Below, piece by piece: positions 1-9,265 of a stretch of DNA of 64,000 bases. The position numbers and the translations under genes are program-made. Numbering within the stretch: the stretch's first letter is position 1; each line of letters opens with the position of its first letter. Origin of the DNA: Granulosicoccaceae bacterium (GTDB lineage: Bacteria > Pseudomonadota > Gammaproteobacteria > CALCKW01). The stretch is taken from assembly GCA_033852095.1 (NCBI GenBank), contig JAWSVD010000029.1, positions 78,077-142,076 on the forward strand. The letters run 5' to 3'. The notes beneath the pieces were generated by a model that was not told where the DNA came from, did no database searches, and worked only from the letters and a program-made list of their open reading frames with translations.

Positions 1-1
1 A

Positions 2-136
2 AGCGCGCCCATCGAAGTGGAGGACGCCAGCTGGCACCCAGACCAAGGCATTGATCTGGCCACCAAAAAGCTCTGCATCAACTACGGATATGCGCCCTGC
101 AGCGGTACGTTGCAGCTGCAGAAATTGTCCAGCTAA
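2..136 (+). CDS. 3' end of a gene truncated by the window edge (possibly a heparinase II/III-family C-terminus)
   Basis: Open frame from position 2 (SAPIEVEDASWHPDQGIDLATKKLCINYGYAPCSGTLQLQKLSS) to TAA at 134-136. The SWHP-x-x-G segment recalls heparinase II/III-like C-termini, but the match is weak. Confidence 0.3.
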   Translation, partial: SAPIEVEDASWHPDQGIDLATKKLCINYGYAPCSGTLQLQKLSS

Positions 137-208
137 ACAGGCGACCCAGAGCCAGCACGAGCCCGCGTTGCCTTTTGCAGTGCGGCCGAGCACAACCGCT
201 CAATTCGC

Positions 209-378
209 CGGGGGCCGTTGAACCTGCGAAACACACAGCCCATGCCCAAACACCGAGATGGCATCGCTATCCACGGTGCGGTTCGCTCCGCTCGGTGCAC
301 CCTGCGGCGAATGGCCAAGCCCACACGCAGACACCCACAAAAAAATGTAGGGTGCCGTTGAGCCCGCGAAACGCACCG
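209..378. repeat. REP/REPIN-like palindromic repeat cluster, locus 1
   Basis: Degenerate forward unit ggggccgttgaacctgcgaaacacacag (211-238). Inverted unit cggtgcggttcgctccgctcggtgcaccctgc (274-305). Intact forward unit gtagggtgccgttgagcccgcgaaacgcaccg (347-378). A near-identical unit is at 4205-4236. Confidence 0.75.
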
Positions 379-509
379 TGATCGCACAAACACCACGGTG
401 AAATTGGCCAAGACATGACCGCCCCAGCGACACAACTGCGGCGGCTCGCAGGACAGCGCGACTGCAATGCTATAGTGCCCCCATTGAAGTCAACATTGGT
501 ATACCGCCC

Positions 510-2249
510 GTGGAAGATTCACCGTTACGCACCCATTTCGAGATTCACCTCGGCGAGCAGCGCCTCGAGCGCCGCGCGATCAGCGGCGATGAACTCATCG
601 GCCGCGGCCGCCACCTGATTGCCAAAACATTGCTCGATGGCGGCGTCGCCACGGTCGACGCTCTCTCGGCTGACAATCCTTTGATCTTCTCCGCGGGCCC
701 GCTGGCAGGCACCAATTTCTCCAACGCCAACCGCATCAGTGTGGGCTGTCGCAGCCCGCTCACCGGCGGCATCAAAGAGGCCAACGCCGGCGGCACCATG
801 GCCTTCAACTTGGGCCAACTGTCGCTGTCCGGCTTTACTCTGCACGGCGCCTGCAAGGATTGGAGCCTGCTCTATATCAATAAGGAGGGCGAGCTCAGCT
901 TCCACGACGGCGCCCATCTGGTCGGCCGGCCCAACACCGAGCTAGCTACCGAACTGCACGAACAATATGGCAAAAAGGCCAGCCTGGCGCTCTGCAGCCA
1001 GGTGGGTGAATACGGTGGGCTGATGGCCGGCATTGCCTTCTCAGACACAGACCAACGCCCCACCCGCTTTGCCGCTCGCGGTGGCGTGGGCGCTGTGATG
1101 GGCAGCAAGCGCGTCAAGGCGATCGTGGTCGACAGCAACCGCATGCCACCCTTCAGCGACCGCAAAAAGCTGATGGGCAGCGTGAAACAATACAACCGCT
1201 GGCTGGACGAGACCCCCGCCATCCAGACCCTCAAAGAGCTGGGCACGGCAAGCGTGGGTGATTACACCAACGAGGTGGGCGGGCTGCCCACGAACAACTT
1301 CAGCGCTGGCCGCCAAGAGCCCGACAGCGACGGCTTCCATTTAGGCGGCGCCCACATCCGCGAACTCAACCTGAGCCGCGGCGGCAACACCTCGCACGCC
1401 TGCATGCCAGGCTGCCAAATCAAATGCTCTAACGTCTATTTCGGCGCGGACGGCAAAGAGATGGTCTCGCCGGTCGAATACGAAACCCTGGGGTTGATGG
1501 GCACCAACTGCGGCCTGCGTGACCCCGATGATTTGGCGCGGGTGAACGCCCTCGCCAACGACCTCGGCATCGACACCATTGAGGCCGGCGCCACACTTGC
1601 CGTGTTGATGGAAGCCGGGCTCGCGCCTTTTGGCGATGTCGCATTCATGATCGAGGCACTGGATGTGCATATCCGCCAGGGCACTGCACTGGGGAAAATA
1701 TGGGCACAGGGCGCCGGGGCTGTGGGCAGACACTACAAGGTAGAGCGCGTCCCGGTGATCAAGAACCAGGCGATCAGCGCCTACGACCCCCGCGTGATAG
1801 AGGTGACGGCCTTGTCAATGATGACCACAGCCCAGGGCGCGGACCACACCGCGGGCAACGCACCCTCATACGAGTGCGCGGGCAAGAGCCTGGATGAGCT
1901 CATGGCCGCCAGCCTGGACATGCAGATTCTCTGCGCCGCGGCGGATTCACTGGGGCTTTGTGTTTTTGGTCGCAGCGTCACCCACGAGAAGCTCGATTTC
2001 ATGACCCAAACCTTGGGCGATGCTTACGGTGTAACCCTGGATCACGATTTCTACCGCGCGCTGGGCAGAGACACACTGATCCTAGAGCAGGCTTTTAACA
2101 AGGCCGCGGGCTTCACCGATCAGGACGACGAGCTGCCGAGTTTTTTCTACGACGAAGCGCTGCCGCCCAGCGGCAAGAGAGCGCGTTTTCACGCCGCCGA
2201 GATCAATGCCGCCGATGCCCGCTGGTGGCCTGGCGCACCCAACACTTAA
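510..2249 (+). CDS. aor: Aldehyde:ferredoxin oxidoreductase family protein (AOR, W/Mo-pterin, 4Fe-4S)
   Basis: 579 aa. Motifs NPLIFSAGPLAG, SPLTGGIKEANAGG, ARGGVGAVMGSKRVKAI, CMPGCQIKC, EYETL, NDLGIDTIEAG and a late LGLCVF Cys are typical of the AOR family. GTG start. Confidence 0.88.
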   Translation: MEDSPLRTHFEIHLGEQRLERRAISGDELIGRGRHLIAKTLLDGGVATVDALSADNPLIFSAGPLAGTNFSNANRISVGCRSPLTGGIKEANAGGTMAFNLGQLSLSGFTLHGACKDWSLLYINKEGELSFHDGAHLVGRPNTELATELHEQYGKKASLALCSQVGEYGGLMAGIAFSDTDQRPTRFAARGGVGAVMGSKRVKAIVVDSNRMPPFSDRKKLMGSVKQYNRWLDETPAIQTLKELGTASVGDYTNEVGGLPTNNFSAGRQEPDSDGFHLGGAHIRELNLSRGGNTSHACMPGCQIKCSNVYFGADGKEMVSPVEYETLGLMGTNCGLRDPDDLARVNALANDLGIDTIEAGATLAVLMEAGLAPFGDVAFMIEALDVHIRQGTALGKIWAQGAGAVGRHYKVERVPVIKNQAISAYDPRVIEVTALSMMTTAQGADHTAGNAPSYECAGKSLDELMAASLDMQILCAAADSLGLCVFGRSVTHEKLDFMTQTLGDAYGVTLDHDFYRALGRDTLILEQAFNKAAGFTDQDDELPSFFYDEALPPSGKRARFHAAEINAADARWWPGAPNT

Positions 2250-2265
2250 ATCCCCACTGCGGGCC

Positions 2266-2604
2266 TCAGCCCTTGCCGCTCTCAGCGACAAAGGCCAGAG
2301 CCTCTTCCGCCAGTGCACGCCACTGATCGACGTCCCGGTTGGGAATGCTCAGCCACTCTTTGAAGGTCCGGCCATTGGGGGCGAAAGGCTCTCCCGTGCC
2401 CGCCTCAATCAGAGCCAGCACGCGATCTTTGGGCAACTTAACGATCAAGTCTCCTGTCTGGCGATCGGCAGAGGCAAAAAAGCCACCCGCCACACGCAGA
2501 CAGGGCAGCCCCATCATCGTGCCGCGCTCAGCCCCGTGCGCCGCCACCATGTCGGCGAGCAGCGCATCGAAGGGCTGCATCAGCGCCTCGCCTTCAGCCG
2601 CCAC
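2266..2604 (-). CDS. Small TfoX-N/MmcQ(YjbR)-like hypothetical protein
   Basis: 112 aa with the GTMMGLPCLRVAGGFFA...LIVKLP...G.PFAP.GR.FKEW pattern. Start directly abuts the stop of the upstream gene (2605). Confidence 0.6.
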   Translation of the reverse strand: MAAEGEALMQPFDALLADMVAAHGAERGTMMGLPCLRVAGGFFASADRQTGDLIVKLPKDRVLALIEAGTGEPFAPNGRTFKEWLSIPNRDVDQWRALAEEALAFVAESGKG

Positions 2605-3048
2605 TCAGAGCCCCTTCATCACGTAGCGCAAGGTCTCGACCACCTGTGCCGGTGTTGTGGCCCAGGCGTTGGCCGCCGCGTCCACTTCTTTCAGCGGGTG
2701 CACAATCGACTCATCGTGCAGCGTTATATACGGCGTGCCCATGGCAGCACAGTAACCGGCGTCAAAAGCCGCGTTCCACTGCTTGTATTTATCGCCGAAT
2801 CGAATCACCGCGATATCTGCTTGCTGCAATAGGTTCGCCGTTCGCATGGCGTTCACCTTGGCACTCTGGTGGTCCCGCCAGAACTGGCTCTGCTGCTCGC
2901 CGAGATGGTCTCCCGCTGCGTCAGAGGCATCATGATCTGTCACCGCGGAGACAAATTCCAGACCCAGGCCCGCCGCCTCGCAGCCAGCGATGATCTGCTC
3001 GCGCCAATCGGTGTGAATCTCCCCTGATAAATACACAGTCCAACTCAT
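2605..3048 (-). CDS. YtoQ family protein (nucleoside 2-deoxyribosyltransferase-like fold)
   Basis: Begins (M)SWTVYLSGEIHTDWRE and contains VIRFGDKYKQWNAAFDAGY and HPLKEVDAAA, characteristic of YtoQ. Start reassigned to ATG 3048. Confidence 0.85.
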   Translation of the reverse strand: MSWTVYLSGEIHTDWREQIIAGCEAAGLGLEFVSAVTDHDASDAAGDHLGEQQSQFWRDHQSAKVNAMRTANLLQQADIAVIRFGDKYKQWNAAFDAGYCAAMGTPYITLHDESIVHPLKEVDAAANAWATTPAQVVETLRYVMKGL

Positions 3049-3202
3049 GACACTTACTCCTGTTTTCACCCGTTGATTGCACTGCAGTATAAACCATCAC
3101 CTGCTTGTCGCTTCTCTCCCACAAAGTTGCCGCATTTCCTTTATGCCACCGCGGAAATCTGTGGAAACATAGGGCTGTCTCCACAGCTTCGAGGGTGTTT
3201 TG

Positions 3203-4174
3203 ATGTCAATGAAAGTCGGTTTTATCGGGCTGGGCAATGTCGGTGGCAAGCTCTCGGGCAGCTTGCTGCGCAACGGCGTTGATCTCAGCGTGCTCGATCT
3301 GGACAAATCCACGGCGCAGCCCTTGTTAGACAGTGGCGCCAATTGGGCCCACAGCCCACGCGAGCTGGCGGACGCTGTGGATGTACTGATCACCTGCCTG
3401 CCCAACCCAGCGGCCTCCGCCGAGGTGCTGGAAAACCCTGAGACAGGTGCGTTGCTCGGCCTCGGCAAGGGAAAAATATGGGCGGAGATGAGTACCACCG
3501 ACCAGAGCGAAGTGCAACGCCTGGGTGAACGCGTCCGCGCCACAGGTGCCGAGGCACTCGACTGCCCCGTCTCTGGTGGCTGCCACCGTGCCGACACTGG
3601 CAATATCGCTATATTCGCCGGCTGCGAACGCGAGACTTTTGAGCGCATGTTACCGCTTTTGACAACCATGGGGCGGCGCGTCTTGCACACCGGCGAGCTG
3701 GGCTCCGCCTCCGTGCTCAAGGTGATCACCAACTACCTCGCCACCGCCAACCTGGTCAGCGTCTGCGAAGCTCTGGTAACAGCCAAAGTCACGGGCATGG
3801 ATCTGGGCACAGCCTTTGAAGCCATCAAGATCAGTTCAGGCAATTCCTTTGTGCACGAGACCGAAAGCCAAATCATCCTCAACGGCAGCCGCGACATAAG
3901 CTTCACCATGGATCTGGTCAGCAAAGACGTGGGGTTGTTCGCCGCCCTGGCAGAGAGATCGGGCCTGGCACTGGAATTAGCACCGCTGCTGGTGGATATC
4001 TTTGCCGACGGGGAAAAACGCTACGGCCCACGGGAACTCTCACCGAACATTATCAAACGACTGGAGGAAGCAGCGGGTGTCGAATGTCTAGCACCGGGTT
4101 TTCCCGCCGAAATGAGCGACGAAGAGCCAGAAGAGCCGGGTTATGAGGTGATCCCTCCGGGCCGCTCCGCCTGA
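3203..4174 (+). CDS. NAD(P)-dependent oxidoreductase, 3-hydroxyisobutyrate/6-phosphogluconate dehydrogenase family
   Basis: KVGFIGLGNVG Rossmann motif, DCPVSGG, and the catalytic-Lys region SVLKVITNYL. GAGGG RBS at 3191-3195. Confidence 0.88.
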   Translation: MSMKVGFIGLGNVGGKLSGSLLRNGVDLSVLDLDKSTAQPLLDSGANWAHSPRELADAVDVLITCLPNPAASAEVLENPETGALLGLGKGKIWAEMSTTDQSEVQRLGERVRATGAEALDCPVSGGCHRADTGNIAIFAGCERETFERMLPLLTTMGRRVLHTGELGSASVLKVITNYLATANLVSVCEALVTAKVTGMDLGTAFEAIKISSGNSFVHETESQIILNGSRDISFTMDLVSKDVGLFAALAERSGLALELAPLLVDIFADGEKRYGPRELSPNIIKRLEEAAGVECLAPGFPAEMSDEEPEEPGYEVIPPGRSA

Positions 4175-4179
4175 GTCAG

Positions 4180-4296
4180 CCCACACCTTTTTACGCAAAA
4201 AACTGTAGGGTGCCGTTGAGATTGCGAAACGCACCGCTCGCGCCCAAATGCCGAGACGGCATCACCTCACGAAACGATTTGCACGGGGCACCCTGC
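4180..4296. repeat. REP/REPIN-like palindromic repeat, locus 2
   Basis: gcccacac...aaaaaactgtagggtgccgttgagattgcgaaacgcaccg (unit 4205-4236), spacer gcccaaatgccgagacggcatc, then inverted half gcacggggcaccctgc (4281-4296). Lies between convergent genes. Unit, flank and spacer all resemble locus 1. Confidence 0.75.
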
Positions 4297-4305
4297 AACT
4301 TGCGC

Positions 4306-5175
4306 TTAGGCCTCGTCAAAACAAGCGGCTAAACCTGTGGCCAGATCAGGGTAGCGCAGCGAAGCGCCGAGCAGTTCGCGCATGCGGCTGTTATCAATGC
4401 GCCGCGATTCGTCCATGTAGCTGCGCAGGCCCTCGCTCCACTGCGCCTGCAGCTGCTCTCGACTGGCCTCGGGCAGCCGCGGCAAGCCCGCCGCGTCAGC
4501 CAAGCAATGAAAGTACTGGGTCATGCTAGAAGGATTGCCATCGGCCACGTTGATCACCGTCGCGCTGCCGCTGACGGCCTGCACTGTATCGAGCAGATCA
4601 TCCACGTGCACCCGGTTGCTCCAGGGGGATTGTTGCTGCGACAGCAGCGGCTTGCCACTGTGCAATCGACGCAGTGGCAACTTGCCCGGGCCGTAGATGC
4701 CCGCCACGCGCAGCACGGCAAGGGCGACACCTGCGGCTTCGCTGAACTGTGTCCAGGCTTGCTCGGCGTCCACTCGGCGCTTGGCGCGATCCGCCGCGGG
4801 CCGTAAGGCCGCCGCTTCATCGACCCAGCCACCCGCACAATCACCGTAGACGCCAGTGGTGGAGATAAGCACCACATTTGCAGGCAGCACACCGGCCTGC
4901 TGCAAGGTATCAATGAGGCGGCGACTGCGCGCATCGTGCAACACATCACTGCTGGGCGGTGCGAAATAATACAAACGAGCCCCCGCACATACGCGCAGCA
5001 AAGGCTGCAGATCATCTTGATCCAAGTCGAGCGACAAACGCGAATTGTCAGCCAGCGCCGTGCGCGCCACACCGATACAACTGACGCCCTGCGCCGACAA
5101 GCGATGCTGCAGCCGTGTGCCCACGTAACCACAGCCGATCACAACGTCGGAAGCACTGCAGGGCACGGGGTTCAC
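4306..5175 (-). CDS. NAD-dependent epimerase/dehydratase (atypical SDR, YeeZ-like)
   Basis: VVIGCGYVG nucleotide-binding motif, LISTTGVYGD, LRVAGIYGPG, NRVHVDDL. Start reassigned to GTG 5175, overlapping the upstream TGA (GTGA). Confidence 0.85.
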   Translation of the reverse strand: MNPVPCSASDVVIGCGYVGTRLQHRLSAQGVSCIGVARTALADNSRLSLDLDQDDLQPLLRVCAGARLYYFAPPSSDVLHDARSRRLIDTLQQAGVLPANVVLISTTGVYGDCAGGWVDEAAALRPAADRAKRRVDAEQAWTQFSEAAGVALAVLRVAGIYGPGKLPLRRLHSGKPLLSQQQSPWSNRVHVDDLLDTVQAVSGSATVINVADGNPSSMTQYFHCLADAAGLPRLPEASREQLQAQWSEGLRSYMDESRRIDNSRMRELLGASLRYPDLATGLAACFDEA

Positions 5176-6011
5176 GCCTTGTGCCCACGCTGCCAAAGCA
5201 GCCCGTGTTTGGGCGCAAAAACAAAAGCCAAGAGAAAAAACAAGCTCAACAACATCACGATGGTCGGGCCGGACGCGCTGTCCAAGTAATAGCTCAGCCA
5301 CACACCGCCCACGCTGGCGCTCACGGCCAGCGCCACACTGGTGGCCAGCATGGCGGCAAAACGATCACAGAGCAGGTGCGCGATAGCGCCTGGCGCGATC
5401 AACAGCGACAGACCCAATATCAGCCCCACTGCCTGCAGGGCCAAGACAACGGTCAGCGAGAGCACAACGAGCAGGCCGTAGTGCAGGAACTTCACCGGCA
5501 GCCCGATCACTCGCGCGTGGTCGGGGTCAAAGGAGAAAACCACCAGGTCGCGCCAGTAACAAAAGAACAATAGCAGCACCAGCACCACGGCCACAGCCGC
5601 CTCGAAAATATCGCTTTGATCGACGCCGAGAATATCGCCCAACAAGATGTGATCCAGGTGCACATCGGTGTGGATTTGGCTGAACATCACCACCCCCAGA
5701 CCAAACATCCCTGAAAAGACAACCCCCAACACCGTGTCGGATTTCAGCCTGCTGTTGTCGGAGACAAATCCCGCGCTGACCGCACACAACAGACCCGCGG
5801 CAAAAGCGCCCACCGACAAAGGCAAGCCCACGACATAAGCCAAGACCACACCCGGCAGCACCGCATGCGACACCGCGTCGCCCATCAGGCTCCAGCCCTT
5901 GAGCACCAGATAGGGCGACAACACACCCGCCATCACGGCGATCAACACCACCATCATCAGCGCCTGGCGCATGAAGCTAAACTGCCAGGGCTCCATCAGC
6001 ACATCAATCAT
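5172..6011 (-). CDS. sitD: Mn/Fe ABC transporter permease (SitD/YfeD-like)
   Basis: ABC-3 permease motifs LKGWSLMGDAVSHAVLPG and APGAIAHLL. Start reassigned to ATG 6011. Confidence 0.88.
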   Translation of the reverse strand: MIDVLMEPWQFSFMRQALMMVVLIAVMAGVLSPYLVLKGWSLMGDAVSHAVLPGVVLAYVVGLPLSVGAFAAGLLCAVSAGFVSDNSRLKSDTVLGVVFSGMFGLGVVMFSQIHTDVHLDHILLGDILGVDQSDIFEAAVAVVLVLLLFFCYWRDLVVFSFDPDHARVIGLPVKFLHYGLLVVLSLTVVLALQAVGLILGLSLLIAPGAIAHLLCDRFAAMLATSVALAVSASVGGVWLSYYLDSASGPTIVMLLSLFFLLAFVFAPKHGLLWQRGHKA

Positions 6012-6861
6012 GGCTGGCCTCCAACACGCGCAACCGGCGTTTTGCCGCGAGCACCCCGTGTTTGGGCGCAAACAAAAACACCAAGACAAACACCAGCGTC
6101 TGCAAAACGACGATCACACCACCGGTGGCACCGTCCAAGAAATAACTGATGTAGGCACCAAAAAAACTGCAGAAGGCACCGATGAACACGCTCAATGCGA
6201 TCAAACGCGGAAAACGATCCGTGAGTAAATAGGCGGTCGCTCCTGGCGTCACCACCATGGTGATCACCAAAAAGGCCCCGACTGTCATCATCGCCGCCAC
6301 TGTGCAGGCACTGAGCAGCGCAAAAAAGAGAATTTTCAAACGCGGCGGGTTCAACCCCACCGACCAGGCGTGGTTCTCATCAAAAAACACCACCAGCAGA
6401 TCTTTCCAGCGCAGCATCAGCACCAACAGGGAGACACTGGATATAATAATGAGCTGCAGCGTATCTTCTGGCGTGATCGCCAAGATGTTGCCGTAGATAA
6501 TGGTTTTCACATCGATGGGCGTGGGCGAAATTGAGACGATGAACAAACCAAAGCCAAAAAAACCGGTAAAAATCAACCCGATCACCGCGTCCTCACGCAG
6601 CCGCGAACGCTGGCTCACAAACAAGATGGCCGCCGCCGCCAAGCCACCCGACAAAAAGGCACCCACCGAGTAGGGCAGCCCCAGAATATAGGCACCTGCC
6701 ACCCCTGGCACCACGGAGTGTGACAGCGCATCGCCGATCAACGACCAGCCCTTGAGCATCAAATAGGCGGACAAAAAGGCACACACGCCTCCCACCAGTG
6801 CGCTCACCCACATGGCGTTCACCATGTAGCTGTACTGAAAGGGAATCAGCAATTCATCCAT
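6004..6861 (-). CDS. sitC: Mn/Fe ABC transporter permease (SitC/YfeC-like)
   Basis: [53 protein letters not shown] and [14 protein letters not shown]. Start reassigned to ATG 6861. Confidence 0.9.
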   Translation of the reverse strand: MDELLIPFQYSYMVNAMWVSALVGGVCAFLSAYLMLKGWSLIGDALSHSVVPGVAGAYILGLPYSVGAFLSGGLAAAAILFVSQRSRLREDAVIGLIFTGFFGFGLFIVSISPTPIDVKTIIYGNILAITPEDTLQLIIISSVSLLVLMLRWKDLLVVFFDENHAWSVGLNPPRLKILFFALLSACTVAAMMTVGAFLVITMVVTPGATAYLLTDRFPRLIALSVFIGAFCSFFGAYISYFLDGATGGVIVVLQTLVFVLVFLFAPKHGVLAAKRRLRVLEASHD

Positions 6862-7732
6862 CACTGTTACCGTCGCTCTTGCCTTTGGGCGACTGCTCTT
6901 CGCCGTCGCCGTAAAACACCACTGGGCGCTCGTCATCGGTGATAACAGTGACACTGCGCGCGTCTTCGTCGTCGTGCAGATCGCTGCCGCCGAGCACAAA
7001 GTGGCGCAATACGCCGCCAAAGGCGCGCTCGAGATTGGCGCGGGTGAAGACTTCAGCGGTGGGGCCCGCTGCCAGCACGGTGCGGTTGACCAAGATCACC
7101 TGGCCGCAAAAGTCAGGCACCGAACCCAAGTTATGCGTGGAGACCAACATCACCCGCCCCTCGTCACGCAGCTCCCGCATCAACGCGACAATGCGGTCCT
7201 CGGTCTGTACATCGACGCCGGTAAAAGGTTCATCGAGCAAAATCAGCTGACTGTCCTGCGCCAGTGCACGGGCCAGGAACACCCGTTTCTTCTGCCCGCC
7301 GGAGAGTTCCCCAATCTGCCGCTCGCGGTATTCAGCCATGCCGACGCGGGCCAATGCCTCATCGACAGCGGCGTGGTCACGCGGCTTGGGCCGGCGCAGC
7401 ATACCCATGTGGCCGTAGCGGCCCATCATCACGACATCCTCGACCAAGACCGGGAAATCCCAGTCTACGTCTTCGTTCTGCGGCACGTAGGCGATTTGAT
7501 TGCTCTTCAGCGCGTCACGCACCGACTGGCCATAGACAGAGACGGCGCCGTGGGTTACAGGCGCAAAACCCATGATCGCTTTGAAAAGCGTGGATTTGCC
7601 CGCGCCATTCACCCCCACCAAACCACAGATAGTGCCCTTGGGGATCTCGAAACTGGCGTCCCGCAAGGCCGTCATGCCATTGCGGTAGGTCACCGTGAGG
7701 CCCTGAGCGCTCAGGGCCGCTGTTTCACTCAC
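6854..7732 (-). CDS. sitB: Mn/Fe ABC transporter ATP-binding protein (SitB/YfeB-like)
   Basis: Walker [10 protein letters not shown], signature LSGGQKKR, Walker B LILLDEPF. Confidence 0.93.
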   Translation of the reverse strand: MSETAALSAQGLTVTYRNGMTALRDASFEIPKGTICGLVGVNGAGKSTLFKAIMGFAPVTHGAVSVYGQSVRDALKSNQIAYVPQNEDVDWDFPVLVEDVVMMGRYGHMGMLRRPKPRDHAAVDEALARVGMAEYRERQIGELSGGQKKRVFLARALAQDSQLILLDEPFTGVDVQTEDRIVALMRELRDEGRVMLVSTHNLGSVPDFCGQVILVNRTVLAAGPTAEVFTRANLERAFGGVLRHFVLGGSDLHDDEDARSVTVITDDERPVVFYGDGEEQSPKGKSDGNSDG

Positions 7733-8640
7733 TGCGCTGACTCGGTCAGGCCCTGCGCGATGGTGTCGGCCGTAACACGCAAAAGATCGAGGTAGCTGGG
7801 CACAGGACCGTCAGCTGTGGACAGAGAATCCACGTACAACACCCCGCCGTAACGAGCGCCCGTCTCGCGTGCAACTTGCTTGGCGGGCTTGTCGGAGACA
7901 GTGCTCTCACTGAACACCACCTGGATGCCCTCTTGCCTGATGGTGTCTATAACCTTGCGCACCTGCTTGGGGGTGCCGGTAGCATCGGCGTTGATAGGCC
8001 AGAGGTACAGCTCCCGCAAATCCAAATCACGCGCCAGATAACTGAAAGCCCCTTCGCTGCTCACCAACCAGCGCTGCTCCGGCGGCACCTGCGCTAGGGC
8101 CTCCACGATGGGTGCTTTCAGCGCCTTTATTTCAATGGCATAACGCGCCGCATTGGCGTTATACACCGCGGCGTTGTCTGGATCATGCTCGGCAAACGCT
8201 GCCCGTATGTTTTCCACGTAGATCAAGGCGTCGTCAAAAGACATCCAGGCGTGTGGGTTCGGTTTGCCCGCGTAGGGCCCTTCGCCTATGCCCATCGGCT
8301 CAACGCCATCACTGACCACCGCTTCAGGCACACCGCGCAATTCTTCAAAAAAACGCTCAAACCACAGCTCCAGACGCAGGCCATTCCAAAGAATAAGATC
8401 CGCCTTCTGCGCACGAATCAGATCGCGCGGAGTCGGTTTGTAGTTGTGAATTTCCGCACCTGGCTTGGTGATCGAGACCACCTCAGCCGCTTCCCCGCCC
8501 ACCTGCCGCGCCATGTCAGCGATCACTGTAAAGGTGGTGACCACTTTAAAATCCGCCGCTTGCAGCGGAGCAAGTGGCATCAACAAACAGAGCGCTGCGC
8601 CAAAACGAAGAGACAGATTGCGCATAACAGGGGTAGCCAT
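7729..8640 (-). CDS. sitA: Mn/Fe ABC transporter substrate-binding protein (SitA/YfeA/TroA-like)
   Basis: [37 protein letters not shown] and LYVDSLS metal-ligand motifs. Signal peptide follows ATG 8640. Confidence 0.92.
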   Translation of the reverse strand: MATPVMRNLSLRFGAALCLLMPLAPLQAADFKVVTTFTVIADMARQVGGEAAEVVSITKPGAEIHNYKPTPRDLIRAQKADLILWNGLRLELWFERFFEELRGVPEAVVSDGVEPMGIGEGPYAGKPNPHAWMSFDDALIYVENIRAAFAEHDPDNAAVYNANAARYAIEIKALKAPIVEALAQVPPEQRWLVSSEGAFSYLARDLDLRELYLWPINADATGTPKQVRKVIDTIRQEGIQVVFSESTVSDKPAKQVARETGARYGGVLYVDSLSTADGPVPSYLDLLRVTADTIAQGLTESAQ

Positions 8641-8683
8641 GATCAGAATTCCACGTGAACCGTTAAATTTGCCTAGGTAGACA

Positions 8684-8704
8684 ATATTAGCCTTGGCTAA
8701 CTTT
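8684..8704. promoter_or_regulatory. MntR operator-like palindrome
   Basis: TTAGCC-TT-GGCTAA (8687-8700) between divergent sitA and mntR resembles the enterobacterial MntR box (core ATAGCC-TT-TGCTAT). Confidence 0.75.
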
Positions 8705-8785
8705 TCAGGCAATCAATATTTCCTGAACATGCGTTACAATGGCCTCGACGATCACCAGACAGGACCTCGCGAGCTCGCACTACCT

Positions 8786-9223
8786 ATGAACGACGACAAC
8801 CATCGGCGCACCCCAGCCGAACAGGCCGCGGCCTTCAGTCGCGTACGCGAAGCGCATCAGACCGAAGTCGCCGAAGACTACGTGGAACTGGTGGATGACC
8901 TGATCGCAGAGAAAGGAGAGGCTCGCGCCGTCGATCTCGCCGAACGCATGGGCATCAACCCCGCCACCGTCAACAAAACTGTCAAGCGTCTGCAGCGCGA
9001 GGGTTATTTAACCGCAGAGCCTTATCGGTCTATATTCTTGACTGCCGCGGGCAAGGCCATGGCCGAGCACTCACGCGAGCGACACTTGCTGGTGTATCGC
9101 TTTCTCAAGGCCATCGGGGTATCAGAGGAAACAGCGCTGCTCGACGCCGAAGGCGTGGAACACCACGTCAGCGAAGAGACACTGGATTGCTTTAAAAAAA
9201 TTATCGACCGGCAGAAGAAATAG
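8786..9223 (+). CDS. mntR: Manganese-dependent transcriptional regulator MntR (DtxR family)
   Basis: AFSRVREAHQTEVAEDYVELVDDLI...GEARAVDLAERMGI and DAEGVEHHVS are E. coli MntR-like. Start uncertain (8729 or 8786). Confidence 0.9.
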   Translation: MNDDNHRRTPAEQAAAFSRVREAHQTEVAEDYVELVDDLIAEKGEARAVDLAERMGINPATVNKTVKRLQREGYLTAEPYRSIFLTAAGKAMAEHSRERHLLVYRFLKAIGVSEETALLDAEGVEHHVSEETLDCFKKIIDRQKK

Positions 9224-9265
9224 TCCCCTGCCACACGATCAAGCCCGCTGCATGACTATCACAAA

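Noticed and set aside
209-4296. Possible CRISPR array suggested by repeated palindromic units
   Set aside because: Units are inverted and 4 kb apart, with no regular spacers and no cas genes; REP-like instead.
5201-6080. Repeated cccgtgtttgggcgcaaa at about 5202 and about 6055
   Set aside because: Explained by paralogous C-termini (FAPKHG) of SitC and SitD.
6974-7795. 273-aa plus-strand ORF
   Set aside because: Antisense to sitB; typical shadow translation of an ABC ATPase.
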